From Octopus sinensis (Eukaryota): 64,000 bases of DNA. The stretch spans positions 23,312,001-23,376,000 of the forward strand of contig NC_043016.1 of the NCBI RefSeq assembly GCF_006345805.1, read 5' to 3'. Within the stretch, counting starts at the first letter, position 1; the number at the start of each line of letters is the position of its first letter. A program made the position numbers and the translations under genes. Below the pieces are notes generated by a model. The model did not search any database and was not told the origin of the DNA. It saw only the letters and a list, made by a program, of their open reading frames with translations. Below are positions 1-13,515 of the stretch, one piece after another.

Positions 1-1730
<1,730 letters not shown>

Positions 1731-1798
1731 TTAATTTATTGGTTTCTCTCTAAAAAGTTCAAGGAATTTGGCAATCCTGGAGAGGGCTTTCCAACAGT

Positions 1799-1865
1799 AT
1801 GATATTAGAGCACTGGCTAATCTGCTGAGGCAACTGGTGAAGACAGCGATAGTGACTCAGATACT
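1799..1865 (+). CDS. DNAAF6: DNAAF6/PIH1D3 coding exon 1 (frameshifted as assembled; start uncertain)
   Basis: Reads DIRALANLLRQ, then after a 1-nt shift at 1834 (CAA CT GGT) GEDSDSDSDT, ending at a GTAAGT donor (1866) in phase 0. This matches the 'ALxxLLxxxEDDSD' N-terminus of PIH1D3 proteins and the phase of the next exon. Confidence 0.75.
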
Positions 1866-2013
1866 GTAAGTACTCATTTAATTATCAGTAATTGTCATGT
1901 ATACACTTGCACATACACACAAGCATATATACATGTTTGTATGTACATGCACATGCATAGACACATACAAACATATATGTATATATGTGTGTACATATAT
2001 AAATTGTTTGTGG

Positions 2014-2044
<31 letters not shown>

Positions 2045-2064
2045 AATGTATGTATGTATATATA

Positions 2065-3303
2065 CAGAGTGCATATGATATTTGAGGACATATTTATGTT
2101 TATAAAAAACAAATAACTTTATTTATCAAAAAATTCTACGAGGATAACAAGAAACCTTCTTTTCTATAATGTAGTTCAATAAAACCACCTTCAGCTTTAA
2201 CAGCTTCTTCTGTATGAGATCTAAGTCATCTACATGCTTGAATCAAGTGGTCCTGGATCATTTGGGGCATTACTCTGACTATGGCAGCTTTCAAAGAATC
2301 TTTGGTGTTATGAGCATGTTCATTGGCCCCTCTTTCAACAACACTGCACATTAATAGTCCAATGGATTGAGATCTGGGGAATTAGGAGGTCAAATGTTGG
2401 GGGTTATGTGATCATGAAAATTTTCAGCCATCCATTCCTGTGTTACTAGAGCCATATGTGATAGTGCAGGGTTTTACTGAAACACATATGGCCTTCCATT
2501 GCAAACTCTGTCTATCCAGGGCTTAACAATTGTTTCCAGTGTGGGCTGCAGAATTAACTTTAAGACCTTGTGGAAAGAAGTAAGGAGGCATCACATGTCC
2601 TTCATTGCTGACAACCCATAAAGCTATGACAGTTGCAGGAAATTTTGTATGCATAACACTTGGAACTTCAGAAGGGTCTGCATATAAACATATATCATTT
2701 CTTCTGTTAACTTTTTGATCTTGGTCGAAGTTTTTCTCGTTTGAGAAAGACCAAATCAAATTTTCTTCTGCTGGATTTTTCAGTTTCTTTAAGAGCCTTT
2801 TAGATCTGGTGTAGTGATTTCCTTTTGCTTTTTCTGACAAATTGACCTTTCCTCATCATACAAGACTTACACCTGATGTCTTCGTGGACAACATTTCTGA
2901 CTGTTCCTTCAGACACATGGAGATCTTTTGCAATTGACCTCATGAACTTTCTGGGATTGTAATCAATGGTGTGTTGAATTTTCTGGGTAAATTCAGGTGT
3001 TCTGATGATTTCAGAGCATTTGGAATGCTTTTTGTACTTTGATACTGGTGATACGTTTCCATCTTCAGTCTCTAGCTCCTTACAAACTTTGTAGATGAAA
3101 GATTTGGCAACTTTTAAAAATTGAGATATTTCTAAATTGCTATGCTCAGCCTTTATGACCACACTAACAGCACACCTCTTCATTTCTTGAGTAAGCTGAG
3201 GATCTACCAACATGATTTTCTGAAACAAAGATTATGCAGAGTTTGTAAAAAATGCAGCAATGACCCAAAAAAGGTATGTCCTCAAAATACCTTATGCACC
3301 CTG
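2065..3303 (-). mobile_element. Full-length decayed DD37D (maT) Tc1/mariner-superfamily transposon
   Basis: TIRs CAGAGTGCATATGATATTTGAGGACATA and TATGTCCTCAAAATACCTTATGCACCCTG in TA context. Broken transposase has an HTH region, WSFSNEKNF and PPNSPDLNPLDY, with 37 residues between the second and third catalytic positions. Confidence 0.9.
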
Positions 3304-3380
3304 TATATATATGACAGCGTGTGTATCATTGGCGATTTTCTTTCTCCATCTTCCCTTCCTTGGACCTTTCCTTTTTCTAT

Positions 3381-3415
3381 GTTTCTGATGAAGAGCTCTG
3401 CTTGAAACGTTAAAT
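3381..3415 (+). ncRNA. Minimal type-I hammerhead ribozyme motif
   Basis: GTTT CTGATGA A GAGC-TCT-GCTT GAAA CG T T AAAT: intact core, stems I and II, palindromic ACGT stem III, GUU cleavage triplet. Confidence 0.7.
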
Positions 3416-4389
3416 CCTCCTTCTTTCTTTCCTTTCCTGAGCATTCAATAACACTATACTTGTTCCACGTCCTCACGTTGTTGTGTTTTCTCTTTGTTCA
3501 TGTTTGGATTATATATATATATTCTTTTACTTGTTTCAGTCATTTGATTGTGGCCATGCTGGAGCACCACCTTTAGTCGAACAAATCAACCCCTGGACTT
3601 ACTTATTCTTTGTAACCCTAGTATTTATTCTATTGGTCTCTTTTGTTGAACCACTAAGTTATGGGTATGTAAACATACCAACATCAGTTGTCAAGCGATG
3701 GTTGAGGGACAAACACACACACAAATACATAGTATATATATGTGTGTGTGTGTGTGTTTGTATCTATATATCTATATCCATATGTATATGTGTGTGTCTG
3801 TGTGTTTATATACATATACATACACATTTACACATGGATATGTGTATATGTGTGCATCTATACATATATATAGTTTTTATACTTACATACATACATTGAT
3901 AAATAAATGAATAAAGGAAAACACAAAAAATGGAGAATTATACATTCTTTAATCCCTTACACATGTTTCAAATAGGTTGACATTTCAAAATTCTGCTATG
4001 CAGTAACAGGACAGACATCATCATCATCGTTTAATGTCTACCTTCCGTGCTAGCATGGGTGGGGTGGTTCCACTAGAGTCAGCCTGGCTGAAGCCTGCAC
4101 CAGACTTCTGTGACTGTTTTGGCAAGATTTTCACAGCTGGATGCCCTTCATGAAACCAACCAGAGTGGACTTAGTGCTTTTTACATGGCACAAGCATAGG
4201 CAAAGTCAATTTTGCCACGATTTTTACAGCTGGATGCCCTTACAAATGCCAACCACTTTACAGTGTGGACTGGGTGCTTTTAAGTGGCACCTGCACTGAC
4301 AGGGTCATAAAGTACTTGCAAAACATTAAAAAAAAACTTTTTAAGAGGGGAGGAGGCATTGGAGGAGGTGATGATGCAAAAGTTATAGT

Positions 4390-5830
4390 GAGACAGATAC
4401 ATGTGTCTTGCTGTAGAAGAAGTACAAGGCTACCTGGCTGGAGAGAGAAAGATCAGGAATGAAGACAGAAAGAGGTGTGCTACAGCAAAGAAAATACATG
4501 GTTACCCAACCTGAGGGAAGTGCAGGAGAAGGAGAGAGAGTGGGAGACAGTAGGATAGAGAAGGTGCCAAAATGCTTGGCATACACACAAGGAACGGAGA
4601 TCAGAATATAAATGGGATGGTTGAGTAAAAGAAGAGAGAGATATAGATGGTGGCAAGTGTCAGGGCATACCCTTGAGGTTCAAATGCCATAATATAAGTG
4701 GTAGGATATTGCGAAGGGAGTGTGATTAAAGATTATGAGTAAGTGGCGAAAGACCTGGGTATATATAGAGTTGATGGGGCTACCAGATAGCAATGATACT
4801 GAGGAACAAAGGTGTGAGGACAGGATTTGGGAGTGAGAGCTAGGCATAGTGTATGAAGGAGGAGCTATGAGAAAGAGAGGAGGTGTAGAGGTGTAGATTG
4901 GTTTGTTGGGGTAAGGTGAGGGAATCTTTTTCTTCTTATGTGTGGGTGGAACACACAGGTCAAGGACAAGTGGAGAGCAATGATACAGGCCAAGAGGACA
5001 GGATTGGGAAGTGGGAGTAAACATATTACACGAAGCAGAAATGTGAAGAAGGGAAGAGATGTAGAGACGTAGTTTGGTTTGTTGTGGTAGAGTTTGTGAG
5101 AAGTTTTCCTGTTAAGTGTGGTTGGAACACACAGCATCTCTAGAACTCAGTTTTGCTGATGCGGGCAGGTCTTCTCAAGAACTTCATATTGCCAGACATC
5201 TCAGTCCATTGTCATTTCCTCCGTGAGGCCCAACTTCCTGAGATCTGTCCTTACCACTTCATCCCATGTCTTCCTGGATCTCCTCTCTTCCATGGGTACC
5301 ATCCACTTTCAGTGATCAGCCCTTCTTTGTGCAGATGCCTTTATTCATATGCATTACATGTCCAAACCAACGTAGTTTTCTCTCTTGCATGCTATGTTTA
5401 ATTCCTCTTATGCCCAACTTTTATCACAATACATTTGTTCTTTGTTGTACATGAGAACAGAAAGTAAATTTTACAGCTGGTGTAGGTTACAATGGCTTTC
5501 AGTGGAGAATTTAGTTAGCCAATTTGTCTCCTGACAGAGTGCTTATAAAGTATCCACCTGCATTTTTAATACTTTTTTGCTTGTGTATATGTGTGTGCAT
5601 GTGTGATCACTGAGGACATAGCACTGACATAATCATTTTTCTAGTGACCAGTATGCTGTAAATGTAGTCAGTTTACTGTAAATTGCAGTTTGGACATAAG
5701 CATCATACAATCTGCTCTTCATCTTGAGGAAGAAGACTTTCATTGCCTGCAGACTTAATAATTCTATGACCTTTCTCCATCCCATCTGGATACTATACTT
5801 TCAGAGCGCACAACTCTACTGCTGAGTATG
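4390..5830 (-). mobile_element. RTE-clade LINE 3' fragments (decayed)
   Basis: Minus-strand remnants GWRKVIELLSLQAMKVFFLKMKSRLYDA (5690-5800) and RSRKTWDEVVRTDLRKLGLTEEMT (5150-5300). The purine-rich segment at 4400-5100 resembles 61700-62080. Confidence 0.7.
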
Positions 5831-6151
5831 TCACTTAGGTAATGAAAGTTATCAGAATATAATAATTAAGTTTAGACTACCCATAGCTATGATATATATA
5901 TATGATATATATGGTTATATATATAACATTTTCCATAGGCTGAAAACCGCTGTAAGTGATTTTAATGATTCTAAGAATTTATATTAAGTTTTTTTTTAAT
6001 AACTATTTGTATTCTTATCTTAAATGTATTGAATTTTATACTGTATATATGTATGTTATTATGGTTGTTGTTTTGATAAATAATAAGTCAACATTTAATA
6101 TCCTTAAGCTGATAACCAACAAATGTGTTTCTCCATTTTCTTTTTGTAATA

Positions 6152-6217
<66 letters not shown>

Positions 6218-6777
6218 CTAGCAGTATCGCCCGGCGTTGCTCGGGTTTGTAAGGGAAATAACTATATAAGCATTTTTAGAGAGTTATAGCCAAAAAATAG
6301 CAAAAAAATGCATTAAAAATGGAAAAAAAATTATGGTAACTTTTTTTTAAAATCGTTGACTCATCGTAGACATTTTCTGTTTTGGTGTCTTCAAGCCATG
6401 AAGTCGTTGTTCTAAAAGAACGCTGGTCTCCTTGACAACGCTTTACGACGTTGATTTCCTTACACTCCCTTCCCCACAGCTTCACGAGGGAGGGAAGAAG
6501 GGGGAGAAGCAACACAGGTGCAGGTGTGACCATGGACGCCAACTCTGCCGCCATCGACACACGAAAAAATATGCATTAAAATGGAATAAAAAATGATGTT
6601 AAATTATTATTAAAATCGTAGACTCATCGTAGACGCGCGCTAATACCCAGACGGGCTCGATATGAATCACGACTATAAGATACCCGAATTTGGTTAAACT
6701 GCACCGCAAAATGGGGGAGTAGTTAGGAATCTAAATCGAATGGGACAGACACTCACACAACTACAGTCTTATATAGA
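6218..6777 (-). mobile_element. Non-autonomous Helitron
   Basis: On the minus strand it starts TC, ends with a CCCGAGCAACGCCGGG hairpin and CTAG, and sits between A and T with no TSD. Confidence 0.8.
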
Positions 6778-6784
6778 TATTATA

Positions 6785-6828
<44 letters not shown>

Positions 6829-7316
6829 ATATTATATATATTATATTATATATGTATATATAGGTGCAAGAGTGGCTGTATGGCACCTTGGGCAAGTGTC
6901 TTCTATTACAACCTCGGGCTGATCAAACCTTGTGAGTGGACTTGGTAGACAGAAACTGAAAGAAGCCCATTGTATATATATATGTATATATATATCTATA
7001 TGTGTGGTGTGTCTTTGTGTCTGTGTTTGTTCCCCCATGACTGCTTGAAGTCAATATTGGTGTGTTTACGTCCCTGTAACTTAGCGTTTTCAGCAAAAGA
7101 GACCTAGATAGAATAAGTACCAGGCTTAAAAAATAATTACTGCGATTGATTCATTTGGCTAAAAAGACTGTCTCCTTGTCAGCTGTTAGTTACAACTGTA
7201 CTATAATATATATATATATATATAATATATATATAATATAAACAAAAGGGTAGTAATATAGATTACTACCAGTGGCTCAGCACAAAGACGAATTAGTCAT
7301 TAGACAAAATTTATTC

Positions 7317-7356
<40 letters not shown>

Positions 7357-7488
7357 CATATAAATATATATTTGACCTACATCCAAGTGTTTTAACACCT
7401 GATGCGTGAGAATATATTTTCTTATGCCTAAAAATGCAGCCAACCCACAAACTAACAACATTCACACCTTGTGTATGTGTTCAATTTT

Positions 7489-7526
<38 letters not shown>

Positions 7527-7607
7527 TTGATAAATCATAAATCCCCAAAAGAAGCACATTCTAAGTTATAGATCAGTATAGTATAAAGATGGACAAGGGC
7601 GATCTAT

Positions 7608-7669
7608 GGGATAACCCTGAGTTTCACATCAACAAAGCAATTAGCTTTACAGTGTATCCTTAGACCCCC
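7608..7669 (-). ncRNA. Degenerate hammerhead in the inverted pLTR copy
   Basis: GGGGT CTAAGGA...GAAA CTC-A-GGG T T ATCCC; the core carries a G5-to-A change. Confidence 0.55.
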
Positions 7670-8332
7670 AAAACCTGTTGGCACATGGCTTCTGTTGCAA
7701 GTGGTCTCTCAAGAAAATGGAGGAGGAAAAGACTTCATTAATGTCAACAACAGGGGATTGTCTCCCTTTGGCTGTTATTCATAATCGGCTCTGTTACTAT
7801 GCCAGTAATAACATCACCAACACCATCACCACCTTTAAAGATGCCAATAACAACATCAACAACACCAGTACCAACAACAGCAGTAGCAGTAGCATCAATA
7901 CCAGAAGAGACAACATTGCCACCATCCATGCACTGAGATACATTGGATGCTCTGGTAACATATTCAAGCAACATCTCTCCAGCCACAGATCCTCTTTCAA
8001 GATACCGGAAAGGAGATATGCTTCATCATTAGCCAGCCATGTATGGCAGCTAAAAGACAAAGGAATTCCACATGTAATATCATGGAGAATCTTAGAAAAT
8101 CCAGGTCCTTACATAAACAGGATCAAGCATTGTAAACTGTGCGTAGCCAAACGGGTGAGGATATTAAAGGACTCCCTCAACCTGGAATCCTGGGACCCAC
8201 ACAATAACAGAATCAATCACTAATAACAGCCAAATGGAGACATTCTCGTGTTGTTGTAGAATAATGAAGTCTTTTCCTCCTCTGTTTTCTAGAAAGGCCA
8301 CTTACTACAGAGGCCATGTGCCAACAGGTTTT

Positions 8333-8395
8333 GGGGGTCTGATGATACACTGTAAAGCTAAGCACTTTATGGACGTGAAATCCAGGATAATCCCA
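8333..8395 (+). ncRNA. Type-I hammerhead ribozyme in Penelope pLTR
   Basis: GGGGT CTGATGA(8339-45) T-stem II GAAA(8377-80) TCC-A-GGA T A ATCCC; predicted cleavage after A8389. Confidence 0.7.
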
Positions 8396-8509
8396 TAGAC
8401 CGCCCTATCTATCTTTATATATATATGTGTGTGTGTGTGTGTGTTTACTTCTGAAAGTTAAATCTCAGGAGGAACCCTTACTGACATTGTGATTCTATCT
8501 TAATTCTAG

Positions 8510-8585
8510 GTATGTGGTGGTCATTCATATGGCCCTGGTCACGTTGGCCCAGAAAAGAATTCCAAAGATGGCACTGCTGAAAAAG
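8510..8585 (+). CDS. DNAAF6: DNAAF6/PIH1D3 coding exon 2
   Basis: ttctAG acceptor and GTTAAA donor. Encodes VCGGHSYGPGHVGPEKNSKDGTAEK plus 1 nt. GPGxVGP motif is typical of PIH1D3; the phase-1 end joins exon 3. Confidence 0.88.
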
Positions 8586-9415
8586 GTTAAAATTCTTTAT
8601 GAACATTATTATTTTCTTTTTCTTTTTCTTTTTCTTTTTATTATTTCATATATTTGCCAAAAGAAGACTGTTTGCCCACTGAATTGGTTAGGAGGGAAGT
8701 CATCCTTTTAGACTGGAGGCTTGGTGTGAATATTTGCATCAACAACACATAAGGACCAGGTTGTGGTGTTAAAATTGGTGACAAATCATGTCTTCCACAC
8801 TATAACATGGACTATCTCATTACAACAAGCTTCCTTACATGCCAGAATGGAAAGCGGATGTTAAACAAGGATGATTATTATATACATTCCATCTCCCATA
8901 CAACCTTGAAGTTTCTACCCATCCACACACCTGGTTCTTTTGACCCCATTCACTTCCACTCATTTTGTACCTTGAGGGCCCACCTAGACATCTTATCATC
9001 ACTATTTTTATCTCTTCTTAGTTCCACCCTGATATCCTCCACCCTTTCTTTTAAAATGCAAACAACCATGTCTGTCTTCTACAGCAAGAAATCTGTTCTG
9101 CTCAGGCCTTTCCTCTCATCCTTTCCCCTTCATCTTCTAGCATAAAGCCACCTTCTCTTGTGGTAATATATGCCAGCTGCATGGTGATCTCACTAGTATT
9201 GGTGGCTCGGAAAAGCATGCAGTACATGATGTAAAGTGGTTAGCATTGGAAAAGGCATCCAGCTGTAGAGACCAAGCTAAAGAAGACATTAGAGTTTGGT
9301 GTAGTCCTTGGATCCATCAAATACTGTTGAACTGATTGCCCCAAGCCTGCAAGGAACATAGACATTAAATGATGATGATGATATATGCTGCCAGCTAATG
9401 TAAAAATAATATAAA

Positions 9416-9775
9416 CTAGCAGTATCGCCCGGCGTTGCTCGGGTTTGTTTCGACCCTTTAGAATTGAAAAGTAAAATTTTGCATTATGTAGCTTGTTATT
9501 CTCCTTAAGTGAACATTTTTCTGGTTGAAATATACTGAAAAATGGCGACACAGCAGTAAAAATATCGTAAAAAAAGGCACCTTTTTGATGTAAACAATTT
9601 TTGGTGTTAACATGGTCCGATTTGAATTTTATCTTCTACGGAAGGAAGAGCAAGCCTTCTTCTATCATACTCTCAATTTTGGTCAACTTGCGCCACAGGG
9701 TCTCAGGGGAGATAGTGTTAGTTGAAGGCTACCAAACCTGCCATACACAGACAACTTCAGCTTTATATATATAGA
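9416..9775 (-). mobile_element. Non-autonomous Helitron (same 3' end as 6218-6777, different interior)
   Basis: Identical actagcagtatcgcccggcgttgctcgggtttg end, 5' TCTATAT start, A|T insertion site. Confidence 0.8.
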
Positions 9776-9842
9776 TTGAGGTTAATAATACGTTAATAAT
9801 AAACTGTGTTGTCATTTTGTTTAACTGTTTTTTTTTTCAAAG

Positions 9843-9933
9843 ATACAAAACAGTCAAAGGATATTTGGAGTGCAGATGAAATCCCTGAAGGATCTGAATT
9901 TGATAGTTTGTGGGATCAACGGCCGCAACCAGA
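9843..9933 (+). CDS. DNAAF6: DNAAF6/PIH1D3 coding exon 3
   Basis: Poly-T tract with AG acceptor, GTAAGT donor. Encodes (D)TKQSKDIWSADEIPEGSEFDSLWDQRPQP(E), matching the conserved DIWxxEEIPEGAEYDDxWDxRxxPE segment. Confidence 0.95.
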
Positions 9934-12256
9934 GTAAGTCAGCAACATTGTTACATTCAATTTTATTATTTTTGTTTGCATTGCTTTTCTATATATATTT
10001 TGTTTAAATTTGTTTGTTTGATTTTACTTTCATCATCTCCACTAAAATTTGGGACAGTGGTCACCTTTAGAAATTTTGTTTGTCTGTGAATATGTTTTAC
10101 TCTAGTTGCTCTGCTTTGTTTGGTAATGCCAGACTGACCTATTTTGAAGCTGTTCATGTTGTTAGTTAAGAAGTATTTTGGATATATCTTACAGCCTTTG
10201 GGTACTTGACTTTTCAGATAGAATTATATCAGAAAGTGGAGCTACTTTTTTGTTGAAAAGAAGATCTAGTGTCGTTTTAATTTGGGTTGATTTGACAGAA
10301 GCAGTGTCAATGAAATTTTGCTTCATTTAATTGCAGCTTTCATAGATTTAATTATTTTATATTTTTGCATGATGTTGTTAGCAAAGATGATGGTGATGTA
10401 GGGGACAACGATGATGATGATAACTTCAATGATGACTTTGTTGTTTTGTTACAAATTTTTTTGTAGCTCTTCTTCAGTGTTCTCGTAAATCGAATATTTG
10501 GGAGTAGCCTTCAACTCTTTTATCCTGAATACGTTAGATCTCAGTCTGTTAATTATTGAAGCTTCAAAGTACATTTATTCAACCTGCACATTATATAGAT
10601 TAATAGAAAAATGAAAATAATAAAATGCTTGTTCTTTTATTCTCATAGTTTTGACAGCACTCCTCTACATGCGTCACTTGATTTAACTACAGAAATTAGT
10701 CAGACAGATAGTTTTCCCATGGTACCTTGTGTAGAGTACCTCATTTAAGTCAGCTTGATGTTTATTATCAATGTGACACTCAGGATTTGAACTGAACTCA
10801 GCCATTATATGCTATCAAAATTCTTACTAGATTTCAAGTGTAGCAGTGGTCAAGCAATAGATATGGTCAATACCAAATTAAATATCTAGCAGCATTTGAT
10901 TCTATCATTCTGAGTTTTGAGGTTTGGCCATGCTGGGACATAATTTGTCTTTCTTGCTTCCTTGGATCAATAAAATAGGTGGTGAGTCAGTTGGCATAGC
11001 CAACTCATTAGGAAGCAAATTGTCAGAGGCATTTAAAATGACACATTGAATGTTTTATGGTGTTATTTTTTTGTGTGCTAGTTTTCTGTGTTTTGAATTG
11101 AAATCCTACCAATGTCAATAAATAAAGCACCAGCTTGGGTCACTGGATTGGTTGATCTGTTAGAACGTTGGATGAGTTACCTTGTGGTATCTGATCTAGC
11201 TATTTGTATTCTAAGTTCAAAGAGTTCGCTTTGTCATCAATTTTCACAGACTGAAAGTAGGTGACAAAGGGGACCCTGACAGACTGCAGCACAGGCATCA
11301 ACCAGAAATCAGAGAGACCTCTTAGGTACTTTGAAGACTAAGCATAGAGAGAGGTCAGAGACTGAACTCACGACTCTTTCTCTTTACACTAATCAAATTC
11401 ACTGGCAAAATGGTCTTAGAGTTTCAGAAAGCCTGGAAAACTCTCACCGATGTATTTGTGTTCTTATACCAATATAAGAAATTACTTACTGTTCCAGTTG
11501 ATTGTATGGTGTGAACTGTACTTACTCATGGCACCTATTTAGAATTGAGGTGACTGAGTAATTTATGCAGTGAATTTCATGTATGGATAATGTATGGAAC
11601 CAATGGCATATCACATATTTCCATTGTTTCAGTTGGTGGCTTTGGCTTTCAGCGCTTATTGCTATAATTATTGGTGATCTCTATGAGTGAACAGTTTAAG
11701 AGAGAAAATGAAAGATCTATTCCTACTTTACGTCAACTTGATGGAGAGGGAGGTGAGGTGGGTTTAGTTTCTAAATTGTTTGCCTCAATAATTTGCATCA
11801 TCGTTATCATATTATCACCATTGCTATGCTACCACCATCACCGTCATCATTATCAACACCAGGATCATCGTCATCGTCACCGTCACCGCCACCGCCGCCG
11901 CTGCCACCACCACTGCCACCGCTGCCGCTGCCACCACCACCACCACCACCACCACCATCATAATCATCATCATCATAATTGATGTAATATCTATTTTTTT
12001 TGTTCTTGCATGGGTCAGAATGAAATTTGTTGAGGCAAATTTTCTATGCTGGACACCCCTATCACCAATGTCCTCAGGGTTGACATGTTTTTCTTGCAAG
12101 ATTGGAAATGAAGGACACCACTGGTATGACTCTGATTCTTTACAGCTATACTGTACTGTGTCATGATAAGTTGACACAAGGACATGCACACACACACACT
12201 CACATACATGCATCTGTATATGTATACTTACATATGTACATATGTGCATATTCATG

Positions 12257-12302
<46 letters not shown>

Positions 12303-12818
12303 GCCTCGTCTGGCACCTGTGTCGGTGGCACATAAAAAACACCATCCGAGCGTGACCGTCTGCCAGCCTCGTCTGGCACCTGTGTCGGTGGCACATAAAA
12401 TCACCCACTACACTCTTGGAGTGGTTGGCGTTAGGAAGGGCATCCAGCTGTAGAAACACTGCCAGATCTGACTGGCCTGGTGCAGCCTTCGGGCTTGCCA
12501 GACCCCAGTTGAACCGTCCAACCCATGCTAGCATGGAAAGCGGACGTTAAACGATGATGATGATGATGATGATGATCCCTCTGCCCATGCAAGCATAATA
12601 AAGTGATGATGATGATTATGGTATATATGTCGGTATACATACCCAATGGGCTTATCTTCATTTCTGTCTACTAAATCCATATCATCCACTCTCAGCCAAG
12701 GGCTATAGTAGAAGACATTTACTCAAAAGTGCCATGCAGCAGAAGAACTGAATTTGAAACTGTGTGATTGGGAAGTGAACTTTTGGATCACACAGCCAGG
12801 CCTGTATCTGGAAAATGT

Positions 12819-13203
12819 GGGAAGCACTCTGTCGGTTACGACGATGAGGGTTCCAGTTGATCCGAATCAACGGAACAGCCTGCTCATGAAATTAACGTGT
12901 AAGTGGCTGAGCACTCCACAGACACGTGTACCCTTAACGTAGTTCTCGGGCTGATTCAGCGTGACACAGAGAGTGACAAGGCCGGTCCTTTGAAATACAG
13001 GTACAACAGAAACAGGAAGTAAGAGTGAGAGAAAGTTATTGTGAAAGAGTACAGCAGGGATCACCACCACCCCCTGCCGGAGCCTCGTGGAGCTTTAGGT
13101 GTTTTCGCTCAATAAACACTCACAACACCCGGTCTGGGAATCGAAACCACGATCCTATGACCGCGAGTCCACTGCCCTAACCACTGGGCCATTGCGCCTC
13201 CAC
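12819..13203 (-). mobile_element. tRNA-derived SINE, full length, with 13-bp TSD
   Basis: A box TGGCCCAGTGG and B box GTTTCGATTCC on the minus strand. ATCTGGAAAATGT is duplicated at 12806-12818 and 13204-13216. Confidence 0.85.
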
Positions 13204-13418
13204 ATCTGGAAAATGTATAAACATATTGAATCAATGAAACTCATTTGTTGAATGTAACACTAAGCAAATATTTGAACTTTTTCAAAGAGATGCTCTGCTG
13301 AAAATGTCAGAATTCCCTTGTCCTATATCACACAAACTTATACCTCATGGCTCTTTGTCAACATGTTTATAAAATATCATTATTGTCAGTCTATGAATAA
13401 TTAAACTATTTGTTTCAG

Positions 13419-13515
13419 ATATTCAATAGTTTACAACCAAAATGTAAGAACAGAAGACATCTTCCTGCAAATGGGCAATAAAACGCCAAGCAGCAGCAGT
13501 TGTGAAAGAATGGTC
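13419..13515 (+). CDS. DNAAF6: DNAAF6/PIH1D3 coding exon 4
   Basis: tgtttcAG / GTGAGT boundaries. Encodes YSIVYNQNVRTEDIFLQMGNKTPSSSSCERMV, matching the YEIxxxQxVxTEDIFLxxxxKxPS..C motif; phases are consistent. Confidence 0.95.

Larger units (their letters stand above)
7582..8418 (+). mobile_element. 5'-truncated Penelope-like element: GIY-YIG remnant flanked by inverted pseudo-LTRs
   Basis: ORF 7678-8223 contains YIGCSGNIFKQHLSSHRSSF...LASHVWQLKDKG...CKLC (GIY-YIG endonuclease). 7582-7790 is the reverse complement of 8222-8418. Confidence 0.85.

Noticed and set aside
5690-5800. Apparent minus-strand exon YPDGMEKGHRIIKSAGNESLLPQDEEQI with a GTATGA donor
   Set aside because: Another frame gives the RTE motif GWRKVIELL...KSRLYDA; it is a LINE remnant with a weak acceptor.
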